In this document: positions 1 through 11,430 of the stretch, piece after piece
Layout: every line of letters starts with the position of its first letter
How positions within the stretch are numbered: position 1 is the first letter of the stretch
Made by a program: the position numbers and the translations under genes
Assembly (NCBI GenBank): GCA_044892525.1
Contig: CM097885.1
Span: forward strand, 65,348,001-65,412,000
Direction: 5' to 3'
From: Schmidtea polychroa
Taxonomy: Eukaryota
Length of the DNA stretch: 64,000 nt
Notes under the pieces: generated by a model
The model's database searches: none
What the model saw: only the letters and a program-made list of their open reading frames with translations
What the model was told of the DNA's origin: nothing

Positions 1-470
1 TGGAATTATTTCTAACTTTTAAATTTAGTAAAGATTATTAATAAAATTAAAAATTTGTTTAATCTTTGTTTAGATATTTTAATCAAAACGAATCAATAAC
101 TGAAATCAATAACTGAAGTATCAAAAGGTTGCTTTTAATTGGTAAGATTTTAAATTAATAAATTTGAAATACAAAATAAATATTATTTTTACCCATTTCT
201 TGAAAAATATCAGTCTAATTTTTTGTAAATATTTATTTGTTATAAATTGTAATATGTATAAGAAAAAGTAAAATTTAATATTTATTAAAACATAATATGT
301 TGGTAATATGATATTTTATATAATCCTTATTTTCATTTTTTAACCATACCTTGATTGATGATCTTCATAATTCACCGAAAATATTTAATAAACCTAGATG
401 TTTCGACACTTATACATTCTATCCCCGGTAGTTAAAATCAAATTAAATAATAAGATAACAAATAATCTTT

Positions 471-812
471 TTATTCAAGCGTATATATTTGCCTCAAATG
501 CATCACAAAATCATTAAGTGATTTCCCAAATCGCTGTAGCCACATAAATGGCTTGCCAACGTCGAACGTGAAGTACCGTACCTTTTTATGCTTCTGCTTT
601 ATATTTTGTCATGTGCTTTCCACGTGGTTAGTAGTTGCAAAAGTCACCGGGTCCACGAAATTTAAAGAAGGGTTAACAGTGAGATGTTGGAAACCTTCAT
701 CCTTTAGAGTGGCGTCAGAAGCCCACAAATCGCTTACGATTGTTGTACCTCGTCGAATATGCCTATAAATAATTTCAGTGATTTTAACTAAAGGGGAAAC
801 TGTATAAGTGCC
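471..812 (-). mobile_element. Merlin (IS1595/ISXO2-like) transposase C-terminal relic
   Basis: Hand translation of minus strand: IIYRHIRRGTTIVSDLWAS...EGFQHLTVNPSLNFVDPVTFATTNHVEST*QNIK...FMWLQRF. This matches the ISXO2/Merlin pattern (TTIVSDxW, HLTVNHS, NFVDP, TNxVES-W); TGA sits at the conserved Trp. Confidence 0.8.
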
Positions 813-970
813 ATTGTTTCTTTACATATACATTACTTGTTCATTATTATCGAGATATTTTTCTAAAGAATCTTTATCCTAATGGGATAAAATTCTTATT
901 CCAGTGATTTTCTCTTCCATTTTTACTTCCCATTCATAAACTGTCTACTTTTCAACAAAAATACTTCACT

Positions 971-1375
971 TGATTTGGTAAAGATGGATTAAATACTTCT
1001 AATTTGCGATAGATATGGTCAATAAACCATGTTTAGTTACTTTCAATTTTCTGTTCAATATGATATACTGAATAATGAAATCGTGTATTGAAAATGCTCT
1101 AACCAACGCAACTGTTGTTTATGGTTTCTAGTCCATTCATTAAGTAATTCATAAACTGCAAAGGATCCGTCTTGTTGAAACTAGTTCAGTTAACTTTTCA
1201 ACCAGTTTGAATTTTTTCAAACATTTTGAAAATCCAAATTTCTTTCGGAAAACGATTTTATAATTTATTAAAATAATTTATTGAAATAGCTATTGATTTG
1301 GTAAAGATGGATTAAATACTTCTAATTTGCGATAGATATGGTCAATAAACCATGTTTAGTTACTTTCAATTTTCT
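971..1375. repeat. 82-bp exact direct repeat (971-1052 and 1294-1375)
   Basis: TGATTTGGTAAAGATGG...TTTCAATTTTCT occurs twice. Confidence 0.9.
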
Positions 1376-2528
1376 ACTCAACTATAGTTTGTTATACAAA
1401 TGAAGCAATGATGAATTTACTAAATAACTAAAGAATTTAAAATTTTATCTAACTGCTCCCAATAACATTACACAAAAACTGATTGCGATTCTAATGTTTT
1501 TTTGTTTTTCTTAACACAGAAATAATAAAAATTAATAGAATTATGACTTTCATTTTGCAATAATTTAATTTTTGTGCTTGGATTTTTTATTTCTATTGTC
1601 AGGTTCTTTGAGTTGATACAACCAATACAATTAAATACCTAACTCCCAAAAGTATTAAATTAAAGAGATTGTGGTGTTTCAATATTTTATCAAATTAAAA
1701 ATATGATTTACAATAATTTATTAGTGTGTATAAAAAAATGTTTTTCGATACAAAAATATGTGTTGCTGACTGGTCTATAAGAAAAGAGATCTGTTATTCA
1801 AATCGTCCTAAGGTATTTCTAAGAACTAGCAGTTAACATCATCTCCATATTCTCCATATATGATGAATTAAAAAAGATTGGTGGGATTTCGCAAAGTTTG
1901 TGAAATCGTATCAACCCTACAGATCGCAATCCCGGAGCTTTTTTTCAATCCCAGGATTTCGGGATTGGTTTTTGTTGATCCTGCGATTGATTCAACCCAT
2001 AAGTACTGGTGGATACGTATCCTAACAATTTTTCATCTCAAAAACTAAATATAAATCGCAAGATAAAATACTATTTAGACAATATATCGCAAATGCTATG
2101 TATAAATGTTATAATTGAAATTAAAATAAGAGTATAAATACCGACGCATTTCAGTCACTTTTCACTCTTTATGCCAAGTTTTTATTCTTTTTATTTTACA
2201 CCCGAAATTGGAAGTGAGAATATTTGATGGTTTGATATCATTCTGTTATATCAGTGATGGTGAACCTTTTCGAGCTTGCGTATCATTAATATTTTTTTTA
2301 TAAAATAATAAGACGCGTGACGAAAAAATAAAATAAAACCAATACATAAATAAATATGTTTTGTGTAAATAAATTTCAGAACTATACATAATAAACAAAT
2401 ATTTTTGTGTTATGTTAATATATTATTATATTTATTAAAAAAAGTATAAAATGAAAATATAGTTGAAATGAAATAAAAAATCCATATTTTTATTTATTTA
2501 GTTATATAAATAAATAAAGAATAATTAA

Positions 2529-4740
2529 CCCTACACTGCATGACTTTTTATATTTGATAGGAAAAAATGTTTTTAAGGGGAAATTACCGTCTGAGTTCAG
2601 GAAAAATACACAAAAAAATTAAAAATCACTAATTTAGTAGATATTATGCAATTTCAATATGTATCACCAGTGATACATTATGCAGTAATACAAATGGTGT
2701 AATACGGAAATACATAATATAATAATAAAATGCATATATCTTCAATATAACACAACTTGTTTGGCAGTTTATTATAATTCAAAATAACAATTCATTATAA
2801 GTTCAAATAAAAAATATATAATTAAAAAAATAACTAAAAAATATAAAAAAATATAAATTAATTCATAATAATTTGATATAATATGACTATAGGAATGATT
2901 TATTTGTTCAAATGGAAATTGGTAAAACAATTTCTATTTTTTAGAAGGCACAAATTCGATTTACATTTTTCACATGACAGAAGATAAAAAGTTGCATTTT
3001 GGATTTTTACATCGTTGCCTCTCATCAGTCCATATTGGCCAATGTGCAAATTTGTCCAATCGAACGTCTGCTGGTGGATAATGAGTTGCTGACGTTTTCT
3101 GTCTTTTCGCTTCAATTGCAGTTTTTATTTTTGTGCTAGATGGTCTACCTTTTCGAGTTGTAGACGTGCAAGTTTTACATAAACTCTCAGCTACTTCAAG
3201 TCGAAAATCCAATAATGACATAGTGTCCTTGTATCTCTCGTCGAAAGCGCGTTTATATAATAACCATGAATTTACCAATGATACATCTATCAAGTGGTAA
3301 AAAATTCTTATGTACCATTTTTTGGATCTTATTTTAATTTTATATCTACCAATAAGACTATCAGTTTTATCAACTCCACCCATAAACATATTATATTCTT
3401 TGATTATATTTGGGCATTCTAAAGTAATCATTTCCTTTCGATTTTTGTCAAAACGTTCAGCTGTTTGTATTGGCTCCTTTCCTGTGAACGTCGAAATCAA
3501 ATTTACAAGCTTGTTATCTTTCCAAACTACAGTTGCAATTTCAATTTCATCAATGCATCCAACATATTCTACAATAGTGCCACGTTTTTCCTTTTTTCAT
3601 TCTATTTCTGTAGGTAGCTTGCAATTTGGGATGCGATTTCTGCGAACTGTTCCAACGGTATATATTTGGTTTTTTGCTAATTCTACAACTAATGGCAACG
3701 TGGTATAATAATTATCGAAATATATACGATAATTTTCATATTTTGGAACACTGCGTAATAATCTGATAACAATGTTAGCTGAACAGCCCAGATCTGGTTC
3801 ATTGGATAGCCGTTTTGTAGGATAATTTTCCTGCCCGGTATAAATTTCAAAATTGTACGTAAATCCGGAAATTCCGCTTAGTACAAAAAGTTTGTAACCC
3901 CATTTGTGAGGTTTGTCTGGCAAATATTGTTTCAGATAACTCCTAGCTTTGGTCGAACATAACTGTTCGTCAAGTGACAAACACGGTTCATATGGCACGC
4001 TTTGAAATTTATTTAGAAGAGATGTTATAAGAGGTCGAATTTTAAATAATCGATCGTGTTCTGCATGACCCCTAGCAAGCATTTTAGTGTTGTCATTGAA
4101 ATGAATAAATTTTCTAATTTTTTCGAATTGATTTACAGCCATTGTCTCTTGAATTAATTTATTACCTATGACTGGTGACCAATACTTTCTTGTATTAGAG
4201 ATATGAACAACAGAAGTCAATACACAAATTCCAATATACTGACTGATTTCCGTTTTATTTATTTTGAATGGATGTGCAGGATAATAAAAACATGCGACAG
4301 ATTATAATAGTACTGTATATTTTTGTTATAATATTTATTTACTACAATGCATGATGTATCAACAGTGATACATGAAGTTAATATTGATATATAAAGGAAA
4401 TAACAATAAGTTATATAATAAAATGTTGTTTTAATAAATAATATAGTATATTATTAAACAAATTTAACTCAACTTACACTTTTTATATAAAAAATTCAAA
4501 ACGTATAACTGATTGTTGTCTAAGTACTTTGTACACTTTCACTTAAACTGTAAGACGTTTTAAAAATTGATTTGGTAATACAAAACTATTGAGAATTACA
4601 TTACGGTTTTTTTGTATTATATTGCAAATATAGCCAATACAATGTAATATGAGAGAACATTTACCGAGAACAAGAGCGAGACAGTTTTTATTCTAATAAG
4701 ATAATTGTGTATCACCAGTGATACAATATGCAGCGTAGGG
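2529..4740 (-). mobile_element. piggyBac element with both ends, defective transposase
   Basis: TTAA at 2525-2528 and 4741-4744; 13-bp TIRs CCCTAC(A/G)CTGCAT. Confidence 0.92.
2900..4271 (-). pseudogene. piggyBac (PGBD3-like) transposase, N-terminally deleted
   Basis: Motifs SLDEQL, KPHKWGYKLF, YFDNYY, MGGVDK and a C-terminal Cys-rich domain (CKNPKC..CEKC..LC..C..H). One in-frame TGA at 3597-3599 joins the two track ORFs; a frameshift lies near 2975. Confidence 0.9.
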
Positions 4741-4938
4741 TTAAAGAATGAAATTATTTTTGCAAAACAAACTTAAATTAATGAAATTTCTGTTGTTGTA
4801 CAGTGGATGATAAATATTTTATATCCGGCTCATAACTCGTAGCTTTTAATAAGATACAAGTACTGCTATCGTCTGTTAGTCTATTTCTCATGTCTGATTT
4901 AATAAAATTCATTGAAGAAAACGTTTCACAAGAATAAG

Positions 4939-5560
4939 CCTGGCTTCCTATTAAATGGAATTCGATTAAATAGGAATTACCATAAAATGGAGTTTCCATA
5001 ATATGGAAAATACAACTAAATAATTTTATTAAGAAACTCGGAACTTGGCATGGAACATAAGCCATCTTTTAGCCTTTGAATTCTAGAAAAGGCCTCACGA
5101 TATTTTTTTTCTGAGGGTTTGATGGCTCCAAAATGCTGTGCAATTGCAATACTTCAATGGCGTAGGATGGTTTTAAATTCATTTAAAATATTGCTTGTGC
5201 TATCAATGGGATGCTCGTGTAAACCATTTACTTTCTCCAAATTCTGATTATTGGTAATGCATGTGACTTTACACCCTAAAAATGTGCATATCCAATATTC
5301 GTTTTGATTGCCGCCTTTACCGTTTTTTTAAACCTATAATCATTGACAATTGGCATGAGTGTCTTCTTTTTATTTTTTATCCAACTGTGTTCATTAAAGG
5401 ATTGTAAGAATTTGGACAAATTAATCTATTAAAAAATTATGAGTTTTTAAGTTTTTATTAAAAATAAAATCGTCGATTATTTGATTTTATTATCTATTAA
5501 ACGCTTTGTTTATATTTTCAATTTTATGAGAACTCCAGTTTATGGGAATTCCACTTTAAT
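4939..5560 (-). mobile_element. Non-autonomous MULE-like insert with FLYWCH zinc finger remnant
   Basis: Minus frame NDYRFKKNGKGGNQNEYWICTFLGCKVTCITNNQNLEKVNGLHEHP (after a 1-nt shift). Imperfect ~40-bp inverted repeats at about 4965-5005 and 5520-5560; AATAAG duplicated at 4933 and 5561. Confidence 0.6.
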
Positions 5561-6116
5561 AATAAGTAGATGAAAAATTGTTAAAATAGCCATTCCTATT
5601 TTTTCAAGGAAAGAAAAATTATCGAGAATAGATTTCCAAGTTTTAAGAATTTCATCTTCGCCATATCTCTGGACTGCTCCAATTAATCGATCTCGTTCAA
5701 TTTCTTCCAAAATGATTCTTAAATCAATGAATTTTTGTTTCCATATTGAACTAGATTGAAAATACACCAATTGCATCTCAAAATCTTCTAATTTCATAAA
5801 CTCGAATATAGTTAAATTTAACTGTTCGTATGTATAATAATCTGGACGAGTAATAAATTTTGAAGTTTCTTTAAATTGTCGAAATTGTATAAATCTTGCA
5901 GAAAATTGTTCAATTGTAGCTTCTAAAATATTCCACAAGTTTTTGTTTTTTAGTTGGAACTGCCATTTTTGTAATTTATTCTAAATTTAATTTAAGTAAA
6001 ATTACAAAATCTTTACAATATAAGAAAAGAACAACAAATTAATCACAATTAAATACGTACCAATTAATATTTAATTTAAACTTAATATTTGATTTAAATT
6101 TAATTTTCACTGTTCT

Positions 6117-6224
6117 CTATGAATTGCATAATGCTAATTTTTGTTTTAATTCTCTGATTTTTGTCGTTGGATGTACTTCTACTTCTTCGCATGTTTTATC
6201 GGGATATTTGATTCGAATTCGGTA
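6117..6224 (-). pseudogene. Ubiquitin-like module, N-terminal half
   Basis: YRIRIKYPDKTCEEVEVHPTTKIRELKQKLA has the beta1-beta2-alpha1 pattern of ubiquitin ([31 protein letters not shown]). Confidence 0.5.
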
Positions 6225-6600
6225 CCTTTCTTGGGTATCTGTAGCCCATTCTTGATTTCTCCATTTTCTAATAATCTGATCTAATTGTTCTGGATACCAT
6301 TCATTGTATTGTCGGTATTCCTCTGTCTCCTTTACTATATCTCTAAAATAATGGATATTTTCTGCTGCCTTTAAGATGAAGTTAGCTAGTGCTATTACTT
6401 GTCGTTTCTGGTTTTTTGCTCATGTAGCCAAGATCTTGCTCAGTTGTTTATGTTTTTCTTTCTCTTTTCGATCTCTTACTTCCTTTGTTTCCTCACTGTC
6501 CATATCGGCATATTCACGTTCCTTCTTTCTCATTGCATGTATGTCTTATTTCGGTCTCGCTTTCTGACGTGACATCCGTTTCACTTTCGTTGCCTAGTAT

Positions 6601-7170
6601 CTATTCCATTTCTTCTTCGTACTCTGGCAGTTCATCTTCCTCTTCTTCCGATTCGGTTTCCGTTTCTTCGATTTCTGTTTCTGCAATAATTCCTTTCTTG
6701 ATTTCCCATTCTTTTCTTTCTGTATTCCAGACTCTTTCCCACGGTGTCCGTCTGCAATTTCTGGTGTTCAACTTCTTTAATTCTCCGTGTAAATCTGTTT
6801 CCTTTAACCATTGCTGATAAATTCTAATTATTTCTATTGATTTGCGATATAGCGTTTTCATCATATCTCTTATTTCTCTCTGGTAGGTAATGTCTCTTGT
6901 CTGGAACTCATCCATTGGGAGTATTCTGATGATTTGATGGTTATCCCACATACCGATTTCGCCTAGCGAGATGTCGTCATCTGCTCGTAATATCATTTTG
7001 TCATACATTTTCACCACGTCGTCTATCATATCATCCTCGCTATACTTCCGTACTTTTTCCATTATTGTTTCATTTATCTTTTCCACCAGTTCACCGACTG
7101 TATTTTGATTACACATTTCCATTTGTTGTTTCTCTTCATTTGGCAACCATATCGTTATTTTCAATTTCAT
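6601..7170 (-). CDS. 189-aa element ORF with N-terminal ubiquitin-like domain and acidic tail
   Basis: MKLKITIWLPNEEKQQMEMCNQNTVGELVEKINE...KMYDKMILRADDDISLGEIGMWDNHQIIRIL resembles a beta-grasp UBL (TVGELxEKI helix; L-x-D-x-SLGE-x-G motif). Confidence 0.55.
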   Translation of the reverse strand: MKLKITIWLPNEEKQQMEMCNQNTVGELVEKINETIMEKVRKYSEDDMIDDVVKMYDKMILRADDDISLGEIGMWDNHQIIRILPMDEFQTRDITYQREIRDMMKTLYRKSIEIIRIYQQWLKETDLHGELKKLNTRNCRRTPWERVWNTERKEWEIKKGIIAETEIEETETESEEEEDELPEYEEEME

Positions 7171-7603
7171 TGGTTGTGTATCTTTTAGTCTTCCATATTT
7201 TAAGGATTAGGATAGTAGTTCTCCAACTACTCATTCTGAATAGTTCCGTATCCCGTAAGTTGCTCATGAGTTCGTACATGGCTGATGATTGCTTTTTCAG
7301 TAGTAAGTCCCAATTGTCTTTTACTTGCTCTTGGATTTGTTTGATCAATTTCTCTAAATTTCGTTTCAAGATGTATTGTTTGGTTTGTTCTAATTTCAGT
7401 TTAATGTTGAATTCGTATTCGGCTTTTGCGTCCTTAGCCCGTTCATAAATTTTAACTAGTTGTTTTTCTTTATACATTTTTAGTATTTGTGTTTCCCCTG
7501 GCCAGATCAGTGCATCTATTAAGTGCATATCAGGTTTGATCAGTTCGCCTTGATATCGATATAGGTGTTCCTTCTTCCTTGAGCCACCTAAATGCTCTTG
7601 TTA

Positions 7604-7838
7604 TGTTGAGAATTACACTTAGTTTGTGTATAATTTGTATAAGAAATCTGAAGGACCCGATAGAGTCACCGTTAAAAATATGGCGGGACAATCGGGGTGC
7701 GTGTTGTGTATGTTTACAAGTTAATAAAAAATAAAAATAGAAATAATAATAAACAATAATAACTCTTTTATTAAAATCTAAATAAAAATCCTTAGTATTC
7801 TTCTTTAAAACAATTTAATCCAACTTTTCGATTTAACA
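7604..7838. mobile_element. Short solo-LTR-like insertion inside element 1
   Basis: Starts TGTTG and ends TAACA; flanks GTTA/GTTC (3 of 4 match); the reading frame IEMNEQEHLG rejoins across it. Confidence 0.5.
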
Positions 7839-7944
7839 GTTCATTCATCTCGATTCTAGTTCTTCTTGTTCATATAGTCTTGATTCGTAATGTTAATTTT
7901 GTTATTTTAAAAATTTTCAATGTTTTATTGATTTTTTTTCTTTC

Positions 7945-7980
7945 TATAGCGATAGTTTACTATAGTAAACTATCGCTATA
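7945..7980. repeat. Perfect 36-bp palindrome
   Basis: TATAGCGATAGTTTACTA|TAGTAAACTATCGCTATA is its own reverse complement. Confidence 0.95.
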
Positions 7981-9277
7981 TAGTTTTTTTAATACTTTTT
8001 ATTTCCGCCAATTAAAAAATGTAAAATGCTACTACAGCTCTCGTATCCAATCGAACAGTTCGTCGGTGACCGTATTTTTTATCCATATTTTCTCAAGACC
8101 TTTACTTGTCCCGATTTTTATTACATAGTGCATTGTATCAACTTGTTTCATGTTTTCCATATATTTTTTTATTAGTAATTTTCCCTCATTCGGTATTACA
8201 TCCTTCTCGTTCCGTTCCAATCCCATTATTTTTTGGATAAAACGTCTGAATGGTATTAAGACAATAAACTCCTGGTTTCTACCACAGGGATTATTTCCGT
8301 TATCCGTTTTATCGCTTCTCCCTTCTCTTTTCTTGTCTTCATTTCGATATTTTCGTCTTCACTTTCACTCGTTACGTCGCTTTCGTCTTCGCTTTCATTT
8401 CTTCCGATTTTTTCTTTCAGCTGTCCGATTACTTCGTTCAGTTGCAGTTCTTCTCCACCTAAACTGCTCTCATAATCCTCGTTATCTGTTGTCGTTCTCA
8501 TCATATTAATTTGTAAATTTCTCATTTTTGCTACTTTCTTTAGTTTTTTATTTTTGAATATTGTTTCTTCGTCTGATTCCAATTCTTGTATCAGTTTATG
8601 GTTTAGGTGGCTGATTTGCTCCTCGTTTTTGTTACTTTTATTTTCCGTTTCTGTTTTGGTTTTATCATATTCCTTTTCAATTCTATCTTTTATCTTTTTC
8701 CAGAATATTTTCTGAATTCTCTGATTTCCTTTTAGTATTGGTTGAGGATTTCCGTTTTTGTCCTCTGTTTTTACTACTTTTACTGTCTCTGGTTCGGTCA
8801 TGAGTACTACACGAGGTTTTTCCCATAGTTATAACAATACTGGTTCTTCATGTCTTTTACCATTCTCATCATATTTATTCGTAGTGGTTGACTTTGTCGT
8901 TGCTGATTACGTTCTTGTTTTATTCTTTCTTCCTCCGCTTGTAGTCTTTACCATTCTTGTATATGTTGTTGTATCTCGTAATTGTTGATATTCTCTGTAC
9001 TTCTCATCATACATATATTCTGTGTTTGTTGTGGTGCTTGGTTCTGACTTGCTCGTATTAATTGTTGCATCATCGGCTTCATCTGTGAAATTTCCTGCAT
9101 GACGTTCATTTGCTTCCCCTCGCTTGGATTGTTTTGTCGCTGCGGGTTTGGTACGTAGTTATTGGTTCGTTATTTATTATTCGTGTTATTCCCATTATTC
9201 GTGTTATTACGATCATTATTGTTTCCACTTGGTTGTCCTTGCGGTTGTTTGAAAATTTGATGTGCTCCTGGTATAAA

Positions 9278-9829
9278 TTAATTCGTTTTTGGTTCTTGAT
9301 TATTGTTATATCCGTTTTCCGTTTTTGCTATTGCTGCTGTAATTCTCCCGTCTTCCTGCATGACATTCATTTGTGCCGGGAGGTGACTTTCACATCTCGT
9401 AGCCCAATCTACGGCTTCTTCCAGTGACTTGCACATTTGACATCCTACCGATGTTCTCACTTCTTCTCGGCGTAACCCTTCTATGAAATAGCCGATCAAA
9501 TTTTCTTCCCGTAATTTTCCATCCATGTCCTTCGTTGCCAATCGCCGTAATTCACTTGCGTACAACGTTATTGACTCGTTCGCCCTTTGTTTCCTACTTG
9601 CCAGTTCACCTAATGCTTGGTTGATTGGTTTGCTGGTTCCGAAGGTTTTCTTCAAAAATGTTTTTATGTTGTCCCAATTGTCTAATTTAGTATCTAGCGG
9701 CATTCTTTTGCTGATTGCTTCCGGTGTCCAACCACACACCGTTATATAAACCTCAAAATTCGTTATAAATGTTGCCAAGTTATTCGCATTCCCATTGAAT
9801 TTTTCTAAATTTTTCTTTATATTCTTCAT
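9278..9829 (-). pseudogene. Ty3/gypsy-type Gag (capsid-like) of element 1
   Basis: EKFNGNANNLATFITNFEVY..CGW, LASRKQRANESITLYASELRRLA and YFIEGL..EVR are typical retrotransposon gag segments. The frame continues past TAA stops to a degenerate knuckle CYNYGK near 8830. Confidence 0.75.
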
Positions 9830-10941
9830 TTTTCGTGATTACTGGTATATCGCTCGTCATGATTGTTTTTTGTAGTTCTACAGTTTCACTTAAATTTTTC
9901 AGCGATGTTGTTGAACTACTGACTGATAGATCTTCTGTTGATGCTGTTAGACTGTTTGCTATATCTATTATATTATTCTTGCTTCTGGATCGATTTAGTA
10001 TCTTCTCTGGTATCGGGTTTTTTTTATCCTCTGTTTAATTTTTCATTGATTTCCTTGGTCATTGTGATGATCCTCTTCTAAAATGCGTTGATCGCGATCT
10101 TTTAAGCTTCTCAAGTTGGTCTAGATTATATAAATGTTCAAACTGATTACTTGAGGATCTAAGTGCTCTTTGATTATCCGTGATTTCCTCTTGTGTTTCT
10201 TTGTCTTCTCTTGGTTCTTTCTTACTTTGTGCGGGTTCTGAATTGGTTTGTCCTAATTTGCTGCAGTGTTTCTTCGAAGTCCTTCTATGTGGGTTCTGGA
10301 TTGGCTTGACTGGGTTGATATCTACAATGAAAAAATGATACCGTGTTGCATCCGCTTACACGAATCAATCGCTCTTCTTGCAACATCCAAGCACAAACAC
10401 CTTTATGGGTTTCTATTTATGCTCCGCTTACTTTTTACCTATATCATCCCGCGGGTTATAATTACACATCATCCCGTATTTTTCGTCGATTTTAAATTAT
10501 CAATATGGGGTAGTAACAATTATCTATATGGTCGTATCAATTATCTATAATTATCATTTATAATATCAATAGGTCGTTTTCTGTTGCTACTTATTACCTC
10601 CCTCATTTTCCTAATAAACTTTTGCTCAATTTTCGCCATTTTACTTATCTTTTTATATCTAGTTCACTTATTACTCTTTACTCGGTTCTACTCTGGAACC
10701 AAAAATCAATTTTTCCCCCTTTTTCGATTTTGAACCCAAAAAATTTTATTCCATTTTCGTTGAACTTTCTCTACTTATCTGGGTTCCTCTTTTATTTATT
10801 TATTTTCTTCCTTTCTGTTGTATATTTCCATTTATCCTTTATTTTCACTATCTCATTTAATTCATTTTATTTAATAAATCAAGAAAATGTTTTACATCGG
10901 CTATTCAACTAGAAGATCCTTCATTGAGTGGCAGTCATATC

Positions 10942-11430
10942 TTAGTTGTAATAAATGACGTGTTTTTCCTTTATTTCGTATGTGCACATTGAACAATGTG
11001 TTAAGATGGTGATACATTCCTCACAACGGCTGAGGTGTCCGCGTGGTAGTATACAGAATTCTGCCAGGTCGCGTTTTACAGATGTTACATGCTCTCAATG
11101 CCGTCGTTTTCTCCTCAATTCTGGTTCGTATTTTCCCAGGCATAGTTGTAAGTTGGTCGCGTATTTTTATATATTCGGTATTTAAATCTGGGTCTTCTAG
11201 GCGTTGTTGGTACCTTTGGTAATGAGTCGGCATATCTGTGATGTTGCTGGTTTGTCCTAGTTTATCGGTTATGTAATTTTGTTTTGACACAAGCGGTGCA
11301 TCGTTGCGTTGCTGTTCTATAAGTTCTATTTGCGTAAGTTTTTCTGTTAAAGTTGCTATTGAATCTTTCTCTATGTCGATGAATTTGATCAGTTGTTGTA
11401 GATGTTGGTGTGCTTCTTACATATCTGAAT
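10942..11430 (-). pseudogene. Coiled-coil plus IAP/XIAP-type C3HC4 RING ORF
   Basis: Removing one inserted A near 11050 gives CNICKTRPGRILYLPRGHLSRCEECITILTHCSMCTYEIKEKHVIYYN*, with spacing C-x2-C-x11-(C>R)-x-H-x3-C-x2-C-x6-C-x2-C. Confidence 0.7.

Larger units (their letters stand above)
2252..5938 (-). mobile_element. Buster/Charlie-type hAT 3' half, interrupted by piggyBac and a MULE derivative
   Basis: TIR-like CAGTGATGGTGAACCT at 2252, preceded by TGTTATAT (TA at positions 4-5). C-terminal transposase pieces at 5561-5938 (EDFEMQLVYFQSSSIWKQKF...LTIF) and 4778-4938 (YSCETFSSMNFIKSDMRNRLTD) rejoin if 4939-5560 is removed. Confidence 0.7.
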
